DNA of 64,000 nt from Camelus ferus (GCF_009834535.1 NC_045697.1:20462001-20526000); one strand, 5' to 3'; shown: positions 50,668 to 63,990, counted from the first letter of the stretch. The notes: generated by a model not told the origin, from the letters alone. Numbers and translations: made by a program.

Positions 50668-52714
50668 CTGAAGGATCATAGCAACAAGGAAAAAGCATTC
50701 AAAGTCTAAAACCAAGAACTAATCTGAGCTATTAGAAAAGCTTTGCAAACTATTTATCCTAGTGTTTACTTTTAAATAAAGAATTAAATGTGTAATATAT
50801 TGGGCAAGTGGAAGAAAGTGTTTGTTTTAGCATCATATAGTGGAAGAACAGTAAGCTGGGGTCTCTGATTAACTAGCAAAGCATTTATACAATAAGTAAT
50901 GAAGCATTATAAAAATAATGATTTATGCCAATGAAATAATAAAACTTCTTGTTCATTGAGAATTGTATACTAGAAAACCTGTGAAAAGCAGTAAAATTCA
51001 TTCTAATTGAAAGTCCACATCTAGGTCACAAGAACAGGAAATGTCTTGATTTATTTTGTAAAATACATACTCAGGTCCGTAATAGTTACATGAATTCCTT
51101 AGAGCAGAAGTGCTTCAGAATATTTTAGTTTTGTGCTCTGATTATAAGAAGTTAATACAATCTCTACACCTTACAGGACATCATTCACAAGATTTGACTC
51201 AGCATTTCATGACTACATATGTTAATAGTTTAGAAGCCAAAAATATAGTTATTCTCAAAAGTATAATTCTGAAGATTTAGCTAACAGTGTGCTTCACGTA
51301 TGAGAAAAAGTACCCAGAGGAATATGTAAGGTTGCAACAACCACCGTATTATAAACTAGGAAACAAAAAACACATATAAAGAAAGAAAAATATGTAAGAA
51401 ATGATGCAGATGTAAATGAGCAAGGGTATTCATAGATTCAGGGAATGGTAGAGTTTGGGGAGACTTCAGAGACCAGACAGCAAACACCTCATTTTTCAGC
51501 TGGGGGAAAATAAAGCTCAGAGGTGTTACAACACTCAAACCATACAGTCCTAAGGCAAGTCAATGTTGCAAAGTTACTAGACTCATTATTAAAATTACCC
51601 AGTCTTGTTTACATGACCAGGGATATGCTCTATTTCTCACTTTCTTAGAATATACCTCTAAAGGGAAAGATCAGATCAGTAAATGTTTCCCATTTACTAC
51701 CTAAGTCACTTATTTTATTTGTCCTGAAATCAACAGAGGTTTAATATAGTGATGACCAAGAGCCCAATTAACTTCTTTGCAAGTTCTTTATTGCTGCTAA
51801 GTGTATTTAAAATCCAGAATGTATAACCATTAAATAACCTTTGACGTAACTTTTTATACACTGTGAATTTTATAACAGTAAATGTGTTCTAAGTTCTTGA
51901 CCACAAAATAGCTTCCTTTTCTGATGGCTTTGTTGCCTGGTATTCCATTAGTGAAGGTCATTTTCTGTCTCTCTGTCTACTTCTAACAACAAATATTTAT
52001 CAAAGACAGTGTATGCTCTAGGCACTGTGATAGCTGTGGGGACAATAACTGAAAATCAAGACATAAAGGAAAAACCAGTAGCTGCTTCTGCAGTTTTGGA
52101 AAAGTGACTTAAGCTCTTGAATCCCTTATATCTGTAAAATCAGAGGTTATTAGGCACACAGGAGATTAGGAATGGAATCACTAGTGGGGTGGTTTCCCAT
52201 CACAGGTTGTCAAGAATAGAGTAGACTTAGAGGTTCCTGTGACATGACTGGGGATGGGAGACATTCATTTTACAGGAAACCACCTCGTGAAGAGTTATTT
52301 TACAACTAATATTGTGGGAAATACTCAGCTGTTAATGGTATACATTATATTTCATACCTCAGTTAAACAGAATTATTTATTTCAAGGCTGCTAGTTGAAA
52401 TCAAGATATAGTGGAAATAGGATATTTGGGGGTGTAAAAGAGGAGAGATTATGAATTCAGAGAGAAAAATATAAGGAAAGTGGGTATTTATCAGGAAAAA
52501 AGAGAGAAAGACTACTAAGAAAGGAAAGTAGGTACAGAAATAAAAGGAAGAAAGTATTAAACATAAACTTTGTCTATCTAGGTGACAATACTCTTCCCTC
52601 CCACTTTGCAAGGATAAACCGAGTTTTCCTGTATCTCAGTTATACATCAAGTTGGAAGAACTTACTTTTAATTTTACATCAAGGTCATGATTTTGTGCAT
52701 ACTGCCTATTGAGG

Positions 52715-53112
52715 ATGCTGCACTGCCAGATACTGCCTTCAGTTCTAGAGGACTTATTCCTTCCGCTCTTGGGAAGGTTGCTGGTTGATAATTCTTAGCC
52801 GAGAGTTCACTTTGGGAATTGTCTTAAATGAAGATGACCAACTTCCCGAAGGACAAACTCTGGTCCCTGGGAAGATCACATCCAATGACAGGTAAATGCT
52901 GGAATATAAAGACGTGGCCTCCTTACCTCAATTCGGAAACCTCTAAAGGATTATCTCAGTTTCAGTGTGTCCCATGGGATCAACTTACTGTGACTGCTTT
53001 GTAAGCTGACTTCTCTCCGTGATGCACTGAACCTGAGGGCACGTGCTAACAAAACTCCATCATCTAATCTCCTTTGCTAAGTCTGCTTCCCAGGAAACCT
53101 GATCTACGACAA
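52715..53112 (+). mobile_element. Old ERVL LTR (LTR16-like)
   Basis: ggaagatcacatccaatgac...gtctgcttcccaggaaacctgatctacgaca. Confidence 0.55.
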
Positions 53113-53890
53113 TGCCTTCCTTTTACCATAATTTATTATATGATGTTCCTTGGATTACTTTTGGATAAGCATTTCACTTATTAGACCAAACTATATGGAA
53201 TCTATTTTCTCTTCATGCACAGAACTACACAGGCCCTTAGAAAAACAAGAGGTTCACTACATTGGAAGAGTGAAATAATGAAATGTTAGTTTTCAAGATA
53301 TTGGCAAAGGCCAAAAATAGTTAAGCAAGGAAGGAAAAGAAGAGGTAAAATGGAGAAAAGCCATCTAAACATGATTACAGGGAATGAATGACACTTGACC
53401 ATTATAAAGAGACATGTATGTTTTTTCCTTTCTTTCAAAAATATTTTAATCATTGCATGCATGCTGATTTACAGATGCAATAAAATATTGCAAAAGGATA
53501 AAGTTAAAACATTAAAAATGATTTTCTTTATTATGTAGGAAACATACAAAGAAAAGTAACATAATGGACACTGTGAGCTTTTACAAAGTCACTACTTTTT
53601 GCTGATAAACAGAAATGTGAAGTTAGGTTAGAAATTACCTTTTACTGTATTTTAATTTGTTTTTACTCTTGGGATTATATATTGGCTGGATTCATCATTG
53701 TCTTTTCAGTACTGAAACTTTGTGGACTTTTCCAAAATTTTTAGGTGTGTCAAAGTAACAGACAAATAAAATCATAAAGACCATGCTGCAATTCAATTTT
53801 CCAAAGGATTCACTTGTTTGGGTCTCTCTGATTCATGACTAAAGATTTGGGTCCCCTTGCCCTGCTATCAAAGCTCAACAAACAACTTAC

Positions 53891-54017
53891 CATAAATGAA
53901 GAACATTTGCATTGGTAATAGGATAAATTCATATACATATGTACAAGCATGTGTGAAATCAATAAATATTTGGCTACAAAGGTGATATTTAGAGTTCCTT
54001 GTTCATACTCACTGGTG
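53891..54017 (-). pseudogene. 127-bp exon, open frame
   Basis: ttcttcctgttccatag|CACC...TATG|gtaagt; TSEYEQGTLNITFVAKYLL...SSFM with no stop. Confidence 0.5.
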
Positions 54018-56399
54018 CTATGGAACAGGAAGAATGTCGAGTGGTATGATTTGTCCCAAAAGCTAATCAAATATTTCAGATAAGGCTTAGATATAAAATA
54101 TAATGTGCTGAACCTTTGTTCCTTTGTAAGAGTAATTCAAAAATAAAAACCTCAAAAGAATCAATAGTGAATTGCTGATGATTTTGGAACTAATAGGGTA
54201 GGAGAACTAGAAAGTGGATTGCAACTCCGAAATAAGAGTCTTAAAAAAAAGAACACACTTATTAACCTCAAAGAAATGTTCAACTGGTAATTGGTGAATG
54301 TACTCAGATGAACATGAATTATTGTACATTTTTAGTTACCCTGTAAAGTCTAGAGATCTAACAGTGAATTAAGTTATATTCTGTAGTCGTGGTATGCTGA
54401 CAATAAACCAGAACTCCTTCAGAAGGGATTTTAATTGAGGATTTTATCTTAATTATGAAAGGGGACATCTAAGAAGTGGTTTAAGCCTAAGCGCAATAGA
54501 ATTTAACAAGAAACAGTTCAGATTCTGGCTAAAGGCGATTAACCTGAATAAAATCTATTTTATTTAGGAGTGCAAGCACCTAAAATTGAAGAGGTAAGGA
54601 AGTAAGCATCATCTCCTTTTGAATATGTAAAATTGTCCAATCTATAAATGAGTTGGAAAAGCTTTTCAGTTTCTGTAGAAAAACTGTTCTTAAGGAAAGC
54701 TTAGTTAGCTGTCATATTACACAAAAATATCTATAGTTCAAAGACGCTATTTTCACATGGTTGGTTAATCTAGTAAAAGCTTCTTTGCATTTCTAAAATA
54801 CATTTTTGAAGTGTTTTGGCTGCTGATAATTTTTTCTTTTGAAAATTAATCATACCAAATGCAGATATGCATAGCCACTAACACTTTCAGTATTAATTTA
54901 TATTTAACATATATCAATGCTAAATAAGTGTATGAGGCATATTGATGGGCATGACAAATATTGATTACCGTTTTGCAGCAAATAAAAAAATTAGCACAAT
55001 TATTCATTAGATTTTTTTAACTCTCACATGTTGTGAACACTATTTTCAAATTCTACATATCTAATATTTTTAAAAAAGCTTACATAAACTCATTTTGAAA
55101 TGTTTTTTAAGTTGTAAGGCTTTATTTTAAAAGAAATTAAATGGATAAACAAGGAGAGGACACTGTTTTCAAATTAGTGTTATCTCTTGACTTTCTGAGG
55201 TGTCACTCAAGCCTTTAGATCTTAAATCAACATAGCTTCAAAATTATTTCTGTATGTTCATTCATTTCTTACTTGAGCACGTTTATTTAGGACTTCATAT
55301 GTTCCAAGTCAAAAGGCTAGGTGCTGGGGATGTTATCAGAACAAGGCAGAAACTACTCCTATTCTGTGAGCATACACAGTCTACCTGGGGAAGCTAAATT
55401 AAAGCTCTGTAGTATGGCTTAATGATGGACATGATATGTGATACAACAAGGACTAGGTGGGCACACAGGAGGAACACTCAGCCTAGTCTAGGAGAGTCCA
55501 CAGAAGACTTCCCAATGGAAAAACATCAAAGTTATTTGGGTTAAAATGGTTCAGGTTGTTTTAGTTAGTTAAGGCAAGTGTGTGGTGATAATTAAATGAT
55601 CTAAAATATATGATGTCTGAAAAATAATCTTACTTATATTATTTACAAAACAATTCTAGCCTGTTACTCTTGCCTGTAGCCTGTCTTTCTTCCCTTTAGT
55701 GATACGGTGACCTAGGACTCTTCTTTTTGGGGGCTTCTATTCCACCATCTCCTACTTCTTTATCATTATTTGCACTCAGCTATTGGAAGTAATGAAATAG
55801 CATGGAAGAGTCAGATTTGAGTTTCAAAGACTTGAACCAGAGCTAGGATACTTATGTTCATTCTTTTGACAAAAAAACTAGACACATGGCCAAACCAAGA
55901 TGGAATAGTGGCTAAGAAAAATATTACATGGCTAGAAAACTGTAACAAATCTGTACTATGGAAAGAGTTAAGGAATGTTAGTAGATAAATACCCATCTCA
56001 GACAGGACATAAAGGTGCAGGTGTTAGGGAGAGTAGTTAGAATAGAAAATGTTAAGATATAGCAGTCTAGCATACGTTCATGCTTTATTCAAAATAATGA
56101 ATACAGTGCATATATACTGCTCAGGGAAGGAGTCTTGAGAAAATAAGAAAAACAGAACAAACAAATGAAAATTTATCAGAAACATCTACAAACTTTGAAA
56201 GAAACATATTATATTGCGGATGACTAAAAAGAGAGTCAACTTTTGAGTTTTTTTAATGGAAACAAATCATTGAAACTGTTTAACGAAAAAAAAGAGCTAT
56301 TCAGGATTTAAGAACCCAACTCAAATTGATTAGATATAAACTAAAAAGATGATAAACAATTTGGGGAGGAATTGGTCTGTCCTGATGCTCTGAAGTTAG

Positions 56400-56756
56400 A
56401 ATCCAGTTTACTTATATGAGGAGCACACCATTCGCACATTGATCAGTTCCAATATAAAGCTAGGTCAAAGCACTGAGTTCCAGGATGATTTAGGAGCTAA
56501 TAGAGCAAGGAAGGTAGGCTCTGGAGTCAGGTTTTTCAGAAGGTTTATCCTTAGGATGGCCAGTAGTTAAGTCCCAAAGACAGCAGTTAATTTTTCACAA
56601 AAGGGACCAATCCCTGAGAAGAGAGCAGTCGCGTATGGTGGATCCAAGCAAGAAGGGGGTCGAATTTAGGATATTTATAGTGACAACACAATGCGCAAAA
56701 AATCAAAAGACCAGGTGAAATATATGACAAAAAGTTTCCTAGGTCTACGTGAGGAC
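56400..56756 (-). pseudogene. Exon remnant resembling the RGSL1/RGS22 N-terminal domain
   Basis: Acceptor ctcttttctcgctttgcag; HVDLGNFLSYISP...KYPKFDPLLAWIHHTRLL (cf. RGSL1 ADFFNTFLSLP...KYKGLLTWLEKCRLP); 3' end approximate. Confidence 0.55.
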
Positions 56757-57383
56757 CTGCAAAGCGAGAAAAGAGTAGTAGGGGAAATAGGAAAAGTGGT
56801 ATTTCGCTTTCTCTTAGGTCCCAGATACCCTTCACTGGGACACAGAACCAGCCTGTGTGTCCCTGGCCACCTGCATGACACTTGCTCAGGACTCAGGCTG
56901 CCATCCCTACTGATTTACACAGTGCCTTGCTGTCTCCAACATTCCAGTTCCTCCCCTGGGAAGGCAGGTCAAATAAAAGAAAGAAATGGAGACGAAAGAG
57001 AGACAGAAAAAATTTGACAACTTTTTCATTTTTACGTTGATTTTAATTATCTACTTAAACATCACTATGTGTCTATTTATGGGTTATTTCCTAGCATATA
57101 ATAATATAAGCTCTATGAAAGCAATATTAATACCATGTTTTCTTCATTGCCCAAGGCACAGTAAATTGAATAAATTCTCTTTCGATAACTAGGCCATCAA
57201 ATATTCTCTACGTCTCAAGATGAGAATCTCTGGAGCAAAATATGAGAATCAGCAAAATTTGCGTAGGACACGTACAATATAATTGACGGTTTAAAGGTTA
57301 GTCAGTATAACACTCTCACAGGAAGTTACAGACAGAAGATTCCACTGTGAATTCTCTTCATTTGGGTTTTCTTTGTTTCAAGT

Positions 57384-57695
57384 TTAAACGTATGTGGTGA
57401 GCAGTATGCAAGTCAAGCTGGGTTGAGTTTGACAGAGGACAGGCTTTATAACGTCTCTTGTTATTCTTGCCTGGGTGCCACTTGCTTTATATGAGGGCCT
57501 CTCAGTATTAAGCAGTTTCTGTAACTGCTTTTTGTTGTTGTCTAGCTCTTTCCTAACAATCTGACAATTCATGAGACTATATGTCAACTTCCATGAAGGA
57601 GGAGAGTTAAGATGAAGTAATCTTGATTCTGTGGAGTCAGACCAAATCTCTTTTTTGTCTTCTTCTTTTGAATTTCCACCTTCGCTAGACCCAGC
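57384..57695 (-). pseudogene. Exon-like block, 103 open codons
   Basis: Acceptor cttcctctccatctgtttacgtag, then AGSSEGGNSKEEDKKEIWSD...TTYV*. Confidence 0.4.
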
Positions 57696-60439
57696 CTACG
57701 TAAACAGATGGAGAGGAAGTAAGGATATTTTCTGGCCCTGTTGCTACATTTCAATAAGCATATATGCATTTGCTTTCTATTTTTCTAGTTAATATTCTTC
57801 CTGTACTGAAATGAGTGGCTGTTAATTACTCTTTAAAGTTAGAACCGTTAGTCTAGGCCAGACACTCTCAGTTTGGTCCAAGCTAGTTAACCAGAGTTGG
57901 GAAGCTGTTAATAACAGCACCATTTCCTTTATCTATTTCTTGTGCCCTTTTGCACAGATATCTCCTTGAAGGACTTCTCAGGAGAGGGGTATCATTGGGT
58001 TTGAGCACAATTAGAAGTTTCCTGGCTTGTCTAGCCCAGAATGATCTTAATATCACCACTGATCTCTCATTTTACCATTCTCATTAGTGCATTTAAAATT
58101 TATAAATTTATAAATACCCAGTTCCAAATAAAACTAATATTTTACTCTCTCAAAAACAAAATGGTGCTATCCATGAGATTCTTCTTTAAAGAACTAAGAT
58201 ATATCAATTTATAACCTTTTTAATTCTCTTGGAATGAAATAGCTGGTTTTAGAAACTCTCAATTTATTTAAACCACCAGAGTGGCATTAAGAACATTCTG
58301 GCTTCCTAACACTTAGGGAATGGTGCTCCAATAACCTGGAAGACACCCACCATACAGTTTTAAAACATACTTCTAGGAAGAAATTTTAGATCACAAGAAT
58401 TAACAAATTAAAACAAATTTGGATTAACAGAATAAAACACAAAGAAAATTCTCTCTGAATGATGGAAGTAGGACACTCAGTAACATTTTTAACCTGAATA
58501 TTATCAACGTATTAAATGTAAGAGTGAGTGAGAAGTATGGAATGACACTCACACTAAATAAATTTAATACAATAAAAAAATTTTAATGTTTTAAAATGCA
58601 TTTTTTTTCTTTGAAGGAGATTTTTCATGAGCCTTAAGGGAGGTGCTAATTATTACTTCTTCAGCGATTGGGAGAGACACAAATTTCTTATTAGGGGTCT
58701 AAGAAAATAGTTTTTGTCATGCTTTAATGCTCCAGTTTTAAATGTCTAATTGCTTTAATTAGTTTCTTCAAAGCTATATGCATTTAAAAATAATAAATTT
58801 AAACAGAGTTCACAGTTTTGGAAGAGTTTATATGGTTTCATCGTCAGAAATTAAACGTACCCAAAAGCAACTTTGTGAAGTACGTATGTGTTAATTGGGA
58901 CATTAGAGAATGAATTTTGGCTATACTTCTAAGAGATATAAATAGCAAATGACTGTGTGATTCCTAAATACACTGTATTAGAGGGTAGGTTTACTATTAT
59001 ATCCCTGGCTGGAATTTAAGCATCTTGAGACCTGGAAGCATGCTTTACTCATCTTTAAAATAACAGCATCTGCTAAGATTATAGTTCCTACTAGGCTTTC
59101 AATAAATATTTCTTAATAAAAAGAATGGAAAGATACATTTAAAATATGAAATTAGTTTCTTTAAATTACTTATAAATGGATAATTCGTTTTTGGTTCAAC
59201 TAAGTCTTAACCTGCTATGATTTTATCTGTTAAACAGAATGCTGCAGTGAGTTCATGCCATGGTGTACAGAGCAGGTTATAACTTGCTTTGAATAAAAAT
59301 CAAAGGTTATGATATTTCTGTAAACCAAATCAGGAAGTGTTTTTTTTCCAGAACGTTCAATTCTGTAGCCAGTAAGTGTGGTCAGGGCGACAATGCTGCT
59401 GCTGAAACACAGAGAAGTGAAGAGTGAGAGTTGGTGAAGTGTCCGCAGTGTCTGTGAGACATCATCATGTTGTAAGAACACAAGAGCTCTACTTGTTCTA
59501 TTTGTTTGATGTGATTTTAGATCTTACTTCTTTCAAACACATTTCTTTCAAACAAAAATTCTTATATTTCAAAAGTTTGCCTCAACTCCCTGGCATCTTG
59601 CAGAAGCACTTTGTGATGCTACAGACATAGTGAGCGAGTGTATACTACAAACTGAAAAGGACCTCAAGTCACACAGGAATGACTCAGTATTAACTAACCT
59701 CATATGAATAGTTACACACCGTGGGTTAAATTATGTCTTACTGAAAATGTATATAGCTCTATGTGGCCAAACCCTTATATTTGCATTTTAGGCCATAAGT
59801 GTACGTACTCCAGAAAAAGCTAAATTTTTCAAGCTTCAGAAATCACCTCAGTAATCATTTGGACCATGTTAGACTGCATAAAATAGTCCGACTTAAAATA
59901 AAATACATTGTGTGTATATATTTCAGTAAGTACCTTTGTCTATATTTAAAGAATTGTCCGAGTATACATTCAATTGACAGAATTATACACACCTTTCTAC
60001 TAGTGTAGACCATTATGTCTTTGCTATAAAATTTGCCAGTCTTTGGATTAAACATATTTTTTAAACTAGATAAATTTATTGGGCTATCACATAAAGCAGA
60101 TATGTCAGTTAATAAAATTACTAACATCATTTATAATCAAGATAAATATATATTTTGATGTTATAGTTATTATCTCACTGAAAAACCCACAACGAATAGA
60201 TTTGAGGTCATAGAAGTGAAGTTAATTTAAATTTACCTACACAGTCATCTCTGAAAGTTCTATGTGTACCCCTCTTATAAAGGTTAATTTTTCTTCCTAA
60301 TAGTCATTTGTGGGTGGAAATTAATCCTTATATTTTTGGTTGATATTGATATCAAATTATTTTATGTGCTGATGAAATTTCCAGAATAAATTTCTTTCCA
60401 CATTTCCTCCTCACTCATTTTTTCTTTTAAGAGTTACAT

Positions 60440-60610
60440 ATAAATCTCACATGTAGTAATACATCCAGGCAGGCAAACGTCCTGACCAAAGCTAAGTCAG
60501 TCCTTGTCCATCCTTCCTTCAATGTCATCGGCAGCCAGAAGGCAAAAAAATTATTCAGTGCTTTCTTTGAATCGTATACTAGAATATTCCCTGAGTTTAT
60601 ACTGAACTAA
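60440..60610 (-). pseudogene. Exon-like remnant with AL...FWLP motif
   Basis: GNILVYDSKKALNNFFAFWLPMTL (cf. AL.KLQSYWLP). Confidence 0.4.
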
Positions 60611-60997
60611 CAATAGATATCAAAAATTCTCCTTTCCCTGGACTTGTAGCTGCATAGTCAGCATTTTATGCTTCTTTATCTATTTGCTTTTCTCTGTGGA
60701 TGACCTTACATTTGAGAACTTTTTTTCATTTGATGTTCTTTGTTGTTGTTACATACAGCTTAGAAGCACACTATGTTCACTATAATCTTAGGCAATTAGT
60801 TTCATGGATTTATTTCTATAATTTTGTTGCTAAGAGTCATAGGCAAAGACAAAGATTGTTCAAATAAATTTTATCAGCCCTTTCCTGCCCCTCCAGATAC
60901 CATGTTCAAACTCTGACAGATAACCCAGGCAAGCTGCTGCAGTGAGTGAGGATGTGATTTTAGAAGGGCTGTGCAATGAAATTTGTAGCTGGCTTAC

Positions 60998-61131
60998 TCT
61001 TCAGCGTTGTTTCTTGCTTAAGGACTTGAAATAAATAGTAGGATATGATGGGCAATTTTGGAAAATCCATGATACAGAATGCTGTCGATTTAGGCACTTT
61101 CTTGACCATGGGATTACACATCCAGTGTTCA
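60998..61131 (-). pseudogene. 134-bp exon remnant, RGS22-like
   Basis: ttatttttcttag|...AGA|gtaagc; WSRKCLNRQHSVSWIFQN (cf. RGS22 MCLSREEGIKWIKKE). Confidence 0.45.
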
Positions 61132-61959
61132 CTAAGAAAAATAAATCTTTCTCTCTTCCAGTTTGGCTAACATTTACTGTCAACAAAAAGAATCAAACAA
61201 ACAAAAAAAAAACAAAAACAAGAAACAAGGATAGATGCATAGCTAAATTTTCTTCCCTTATCCTGGTTAAAAAAAATATACTGTATCTTTTGGGTACCCA
61301 TTCTACACAGAGAATCATCAGAAATCCTTATAAATGTGATGCTGAGGGCAGGATGTCCCCAAATCTTCCACTGTCCTGTGGTTAACACTTCCTTTCCCTC
61401 TGTATTCCCTCATAAGCCCAGAAACTTAGTATGAGAGTGTTTGGGGAAGGGAGAAGAAAAATCCATTCCATTTTGTAACTTCTAAAGCAGGGGTGCTCTT
61501 ATGGAATTCTCCATCTCACACTTGGTCTCACCTTCGGAGAATGCCAACTGTCTTCTACATCATGTTTGCCCTACTGGACACAAAGTATGAGGAAGATGGG
61601 ACTGTGTGCACAGAAACTTTCTACAAAATATTTTGGTGAGTGGCTGAGGGGTTTTCTTTACAAAAACAAAAACTCAGAATTGAATATTAGACAATCTTGA
61701 CCTAAAATGGACCTACTACTTTCATTACTGGGAGTGCTTTTCCCTCCATGATAGTTGGCATGAAGTTGAATAGAATGATATTTGATTGTTCTACGATTTT
61801 GAATTTCTCTGTTCAAAATTTCCTGTTGTAAGCAAAGAATTCTTAATTATGTGAAAGCTATTTACACAGGAGTAAGGTTCCAAGAGTGATAAACAATGAT
61901 AAGCTTTAGATGGGCAACACATCTAAAATGTCCTCAATGACCACATTAGATACAAGAGA

Positions 61960-62150
61960 CCGTAGTGTAATGGCTTGACATGAGCCCAGCTCTGGCACCC
62001 CACCGCGTGGGTAACACTGAAGCCACACGCTGCCTGTGGCCCTGAGAAAACTTCTGCATGTCTCAGTTTTTAAATCTGCAAATTGGAAATAATAGTGGTA
62101 TCCATTTTGTCGGGCTGTTTCCACCTTTAAATCTGTTGACTGGAAATTCT
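61960..62150 (+). mobile_element. MIR
   Basis: tctcagtttttaaatctgcaaattggaaataatag core. Confidence 0.5.
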
Positions 62151-62839
62151 GTGTCAGTTGCAAACAGGTATAGTCTTTAAGATTTGTAATTATGATAATA
62201 TCAGAAGATTTTTTTCCAAGTTTTTTTTATAAATACTCCAAACAGAAATAAAAGTTTAATGAATTTCCTGTGTGTGAGTGATTTCATGTTCTACTCTGTT
62301 CCCCCAAATTAGGTAAATATTCTGAAACCTGATCTGCTTAATAAAACTACTCAGTTGACTGGAAAAGATTACATCATAGAGACCAAAACAAAATTAATTC
62401 TCACCTGTGAGGCTATGGCTAATTAAGGTAAAATTAGATCATTCCTTTTTAATTAAATAAATATTGAGTGCCATTATTAGAACCAGACTGTAGGTAGCAG
62501 TCTTTATCACACTTTCACGCCCTGTGTCTGGGCTTCTGACCTCTCACCACTTCCCTCCCTCACAAGGATTATTTCCTTCAACAAAAGTGTTTATTCTCAA
62601 ATCCTAACCACAGACTAGTGACTTCCTAAAATAAGTTTATCAAATTAGTGAAAGACTGAGATACATCCTGTTTTGGCTATTTGTAGTCAAATTCATCTCT
62701 TTCTTCCTGGATGGTACAAAGTTGTGCCCTCAGAAAGGTAAAGTAAAAAAGTCTTTTTATTTATTTATTTTTGGTCTGATTCTCTGCTTCATCTGTCCTT
62801 AACTAGAGCGATGGGTGTACAATTGCCTATGTACTGATA

Positions 62840-63130
62840 AGGAAGGGTCACAGGCGGGGAGGTCTAGTGGAGGATTTCTCCTTAGTAATTGATGTCTCTA
62901 ACTGCCATGTCCCTCAAGGCAGTGGGGCCCATCTCTGATTCACAGCAGGGGGTACAATAAAGGAGTACTACATTTTCCAACGGGCAATGGGAAAAGTCTT
63001 CATTTACATCTGTTGTCCTCATGAGTTCTTCCTTCTGGGCAAAACCAACTTCTTCATGACAGAGAATCTGGAGTGTGTCTATGAATGGCCTTGAAAGCAG
63101 GTATGTGGCCCTCAGTCAAATTACTGCTGG
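62840..63130 (-). pseudogene. Exon-like block, no recognised homology
   Basis: Acceptor ttttttctcccag; about 70-codon open frame PFIDTLQILCHEEVG...RDINY*. Confidence 0.25.
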
Positions 63131-63377
63131 GAGAAAAAATTGTTTCCTTTCAATCATCATCTAATCTTTACCTTCGTTTTTAAGCTACTGACCCAAAGGT
63201 AGAAATATATATTTTTTTACTCTGTATGAATCTAGAAAATGTCACTCATTACCTAGGTAGAAGGAAGTAAAAATGTGAGCTCTGTGCAAGGAATGTGGAA
63301 ACTGCTTGTATCCCAATTCTGATTTCGCCACTGTCTCTCTGACTTTGATTAAATCTCACTTTCTCTACTCACTTCTT

Positions 63378-63990
63378 TGTTCATTCATTCATTCATTCAT
63401 TCAGATATATACTGAATGGTTACTACATGCCAAGCCCTGCTCAGTTTATGAACAGTCCCCAGGCAAAATGTTTGTATGCAGTAACTTAGTGGACAACACA
63501 GAATAACATAGATGAAAAATGAATAAAAATTAGAGGGCAAAGAGTCCTCTAATCAGGATTTGATAGTGGAGAACAGTAGAGTAAGTACCTAACTCTGTTG
63601 CCCAAGAAAGGAAATAAGACCTTTTCAAAGAAGTAATGTCCAGCTGAAAATTGAAGAATGATGCAAGCAAGAAAAAGCCAAAGAACAAGGATACATATAG
63701 ACATCCTTATCTATCGATCTATCGATTTTTCGATCTATCAGTCTATCTATATTAAATGTATAGTTCTAGATGTATTCCCAAAGGGACATATTTGGGGAGG
63801 AAAATGAGATTAAATTGAAATAAAATCCTGGACTGAGTTTTAGTCACAGTAAGGAATTTTAACTTTATCTTGAATACAATGGAAAATCATTATTAGTTTT
63901 TTAATACTGAACTGACATATTGATTTTAGAAAGAGTTCCTGAAAATCAGGGAGTTGAAGGAGTTGAGAGAATTAAAACTGTAAAGCTCCA
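63378..63990 (-). mobile_element. Antisense L2 3' part
   Basis: ttcattcattcattcattca tail then L2 body (aaggaattttaactttatcttgaatacaatggaaaatc). Confidence 0.65.

Larger units (their letters stand above)
1590..63130 (-). pseudogene. Decayed multi-exon RGSL1/RGS22-family (multi-RGS-domain) gene remnant; may extend beyond the window
   Basis: About 20 minus-strand exon-like blocks with splice signals. Translations have stops/frameshifts but show collinear RGSL1-like motifs: LLAWIHHTRL (56.6 kb), AGINFW (50.6), IHDMQAMYL (49.1), INHYW (46.6), MLAGLVF and WLYFLHDL (17.2-17.5), GDLVHWWTEAQNE (16.3), LKNTLIFFSFILKHLKVETCLIFL (5.6), VWNLL..FVKRRR (2.9), VPE..K..I...EG..WKR (1.7). Homology judged by eye from recalled sequences. 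Confidence 0.6.
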
